This document shows positions 25,101-25,815 of a stretch of DNA of 25,815 bases, piece after piece. The DNA lies in NCBI GenBank assembly GCA_007128675.1, contig SKWY01000161.1, forward strand, positions 1 to 25,815, in the 5' to 3' direction. Within the stretch, counting starts at the first letter, position 1, and each line of letters starts with the position of its first letter. The DNA is from Deltaproteobacteria bacterium. GTDB taxonomy: Bacteria; Myxococcota; Myxococcia; SLRQ01. The position numbers and the translations under genes are program-made. The notes beneath the pieces were generated by a model. The model had not been told where the DNA came from. It saw nothing but the letters and a program-made list of their open reading frames with translations, and did no database searches.

Positions 25101-25815
25101 CATGGATTTGCCCGGAGGGCGGGAGGCTGGAATCTTCCTGCATGCGCTCTTGGAAGAGACCCCTTTCGAGGAGCTGGCCGCGGGTTCCTTCGAGAGCTGG
25201 GCGGCCCTCGAGTCCGTCCGTGAGCGGGCGGCGGCCATCGCCAGACGTCACGGCTTCTCGAGAGTTCATCTGCCCGCCGCCCTCGAGCTGGTACACCGCG
25301 CCTTGGCAAGTCCCGTTCACGTATCGAGTGTCGAGTCCCGCTGCATCGAGGACGCATCTTCGTGCAAGCAAGCAAGCGAGCAGGCAGAGAGCCTCTTCAT
25401 GCCTGGTGGCATCGTCTCGGCGGTGCGCCGGATGCAAGAGATGGCCTTTGTCTATCCCATACCGGAGCGGGGCCATCCTCTTCTCTCTCGCCTTTTGGGC
25501 GATGAAGAAGCTGGGCTCCACATCGCCCGCACACAACCGGGCTCCATCGGGTCCAGTTTGTATCGTCCTCCCTACGACGTCGAGAGAGGCTACGTGCAGG
25601 GCCTAATCGATCTGGTCTTCGAGCACGAAGGGCGGGTCCATATGCTCGACTGGAAGAGCGATCGTCTTCCTTCCTACGATGAGAAAAGCCTCGATGCTCA
25701 TGTGGAAGCAAACTACCTTCTCCAGGCCAAGGTGTACTCTCTCGCCGTGATTCGTCTCTTGGGGATAGCCTGCGAGAGTGAGTACGAGAAGCGTTTCGGC
25801 GGGATCATCTATGCG
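22138..25815 (+). CDS. recB: RecB/AddA-like UvrD-family helicase with a PD-(D/E)XK nuclease. Partial: it runs off the window end.
   Basis: The frame is open from ATG 22138 to 25815. Helicase motifs: EASAGTGKT, VVTFT, TIHAFC, VDEFQDT, GDPKQAIYGFRGAD, VLAESYRST, LTVHKAKGLEAEVV, YVALTRARSRLYV. Nuclease motif: GLIDLVFEHEGRVHMLDWKSD. Confidence 0.9.
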   Translation, partial: MTITYYERPRILQHPGLEQGHAVIEASAGTGKTFTLEHLVLDLIITGKAKVEEILVVTFTDAATRELRERVRELIRSVCDEGEGTPPLDLRSCWRVDEAARVRLREALFRFDGASISTIHAFCQRILAEQAFLGGRLFEQEQVDGREMFGLVFREEVRRTLAEDGLVGEALRRWIEVGETIDKLEALLHTCHREGYPDRCAITPIWDPDGLFSARDDLPPLSDLKAEGALLFKNARTRGTFDDHLDLLVTALAELRDEKSIHAATLAFGAWASRKRSLAGKTDSQIENLRRAASMTEDGSALKKLSGVLDRLERRAAPPEVFFAQELLPRVQARLALKKRALGLIDYDDMLLGVRGALLGPGARSLLHALRERWRFALVDEFQDTDSVQWEIFRRIFVDGTSRHRLMVIGDPKQAIYGFRGADVHTFAQAKRHLLEKCGARKVVLAESYRSTEPMIGSVNELLTFQDERGSRFFDGLNSYDHPVVCGDPSRAASEMGEPAAPVHLLHLHGAEAKLSSTSIRDGLASFIAEEIGRLTTGKSKLVTAGKGKEAAPIRLSDIHILTRMGWEGQLVGRELRRHGIPHAFYKLDGLFQTDEAKDVHCLLCAIDSPSKRATRMSAWLTPFFGVSLSELPEWSAAGENHRLVALLFEWKRLADAHEWASFFDEIVSQSGIVRRLVFTRNERALTNYLHLFELLLAEAHARPLTLGELARGLKARIDGKTAGGGREEGVQRLETDKEAVQILTVHKAKGLEAEVVFIAGGFGDPRQGSTSVYHHEGKRCLHVGQASGEIAGLVARENLEETQRLMYVALTRARSRLYVPYLGPAPERAEDESVYGYPRLGSFFKPLQKRLDRMREEGRLDYSRGFVFRDVCCGKRPRREGRPDLDLSGWPEEGLLDLPPSSAGEAREIEPKHRGVLLTSYTRMSRKDSWQVPADDGDDGAARRDAEVAAEVVPDESFIDAVEPAFTGSLVEGSNGGRADEARAKEPMDLPGGREAGIFLHALLEETPFEELAAGSFESWAALESVRERAAAIARRHGFSRVHLPAALELVHRALASPVHVSSVESRCIEDASSCKQASEQAESLFMPGGIVSAVRRMQEMAFVYPIPERGHPLLSRLLGDEEAGLHIARTQPGSIGSSLYRPPYDVERGYVQGLIDLVFEHEGRVHMLDWKSDRLPSYDEKSLDAHVEANYLLQAKVYSLAVIRLLGIACESEYEKRFGGIIYA

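Noticed and set aside
1-25815. CRISPR array, transposase/integrase/IS element, prophage genes
   Set aside because: No regularly spaced direct repeats were found. No ORF has transposase (DDE), integrase (R…HxxR…Y) or phage structural signatures. No long terminal inverted repeats were seen.

Overview
This is a high-GC bacterial chromosomal segment (G+C roughly mid-60s % by eye) with 14 protein-coding genes I can support, two of them truncated at the window edges. From left to right:
(1) Minus strand: a translationally coupled pair (ATGA overlap). The upstream gene encodes a class-III cyclase-homology-domain (CHD) protein with a hydrophobic segment and C-terminal HEAT-like repeats. The downstream gene encodes an apparently active Hanks-type Ser/Thr kinase fused to a second CHD. 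Each CHD lacks exactly the catalytic residues the other retains, so the two are predicted to form an obligate heterodimeric adenylyl cyclase.
(2) Plus strand: an NfeD-like membrane protein, an SPFH/flotillin (FloT/YqiK-like, EA-repeat coiled coil), then two very large helical/coiled-coil proteins of unknown function. The second (1270 aa) contains a MoxR-like AAA_5 ATPase core and a flotillin-like EA-repeat tail. The junction between the two large ORFs shows a frame 1 to frame 2 transition, so this may be a split or frameshifted single gene.
(3) An inositol-monophosphatase-family gene and a hypothetical lipoprotein.
(4) A BlaI/MecI-family repressor with a BlaR1-like M56 peptidase. The peptidase's extracellular C-terminal domain is not a penicillin-binding domain but a secretin/pilus-N-like beta domain. 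A convergent small secreted protein carries a paralogous copy of that domain.
(5) A large AT-rich divergent intergenic region with tandem palindromes and a tetranucleotide repeat.
(6) A YfbK-like vWA (MIDAS) lipoprotein followed by a clean rho-independent terminator.
(7) A recC-recB operon (ATGA-coupled); recB runs off the window.
I found no tRNA/rRNA, CRISPR array, transposase or integrase. The many long antisense/shadow ORFs in the six-frame track are typical of GC-rich DNA and are rejected.
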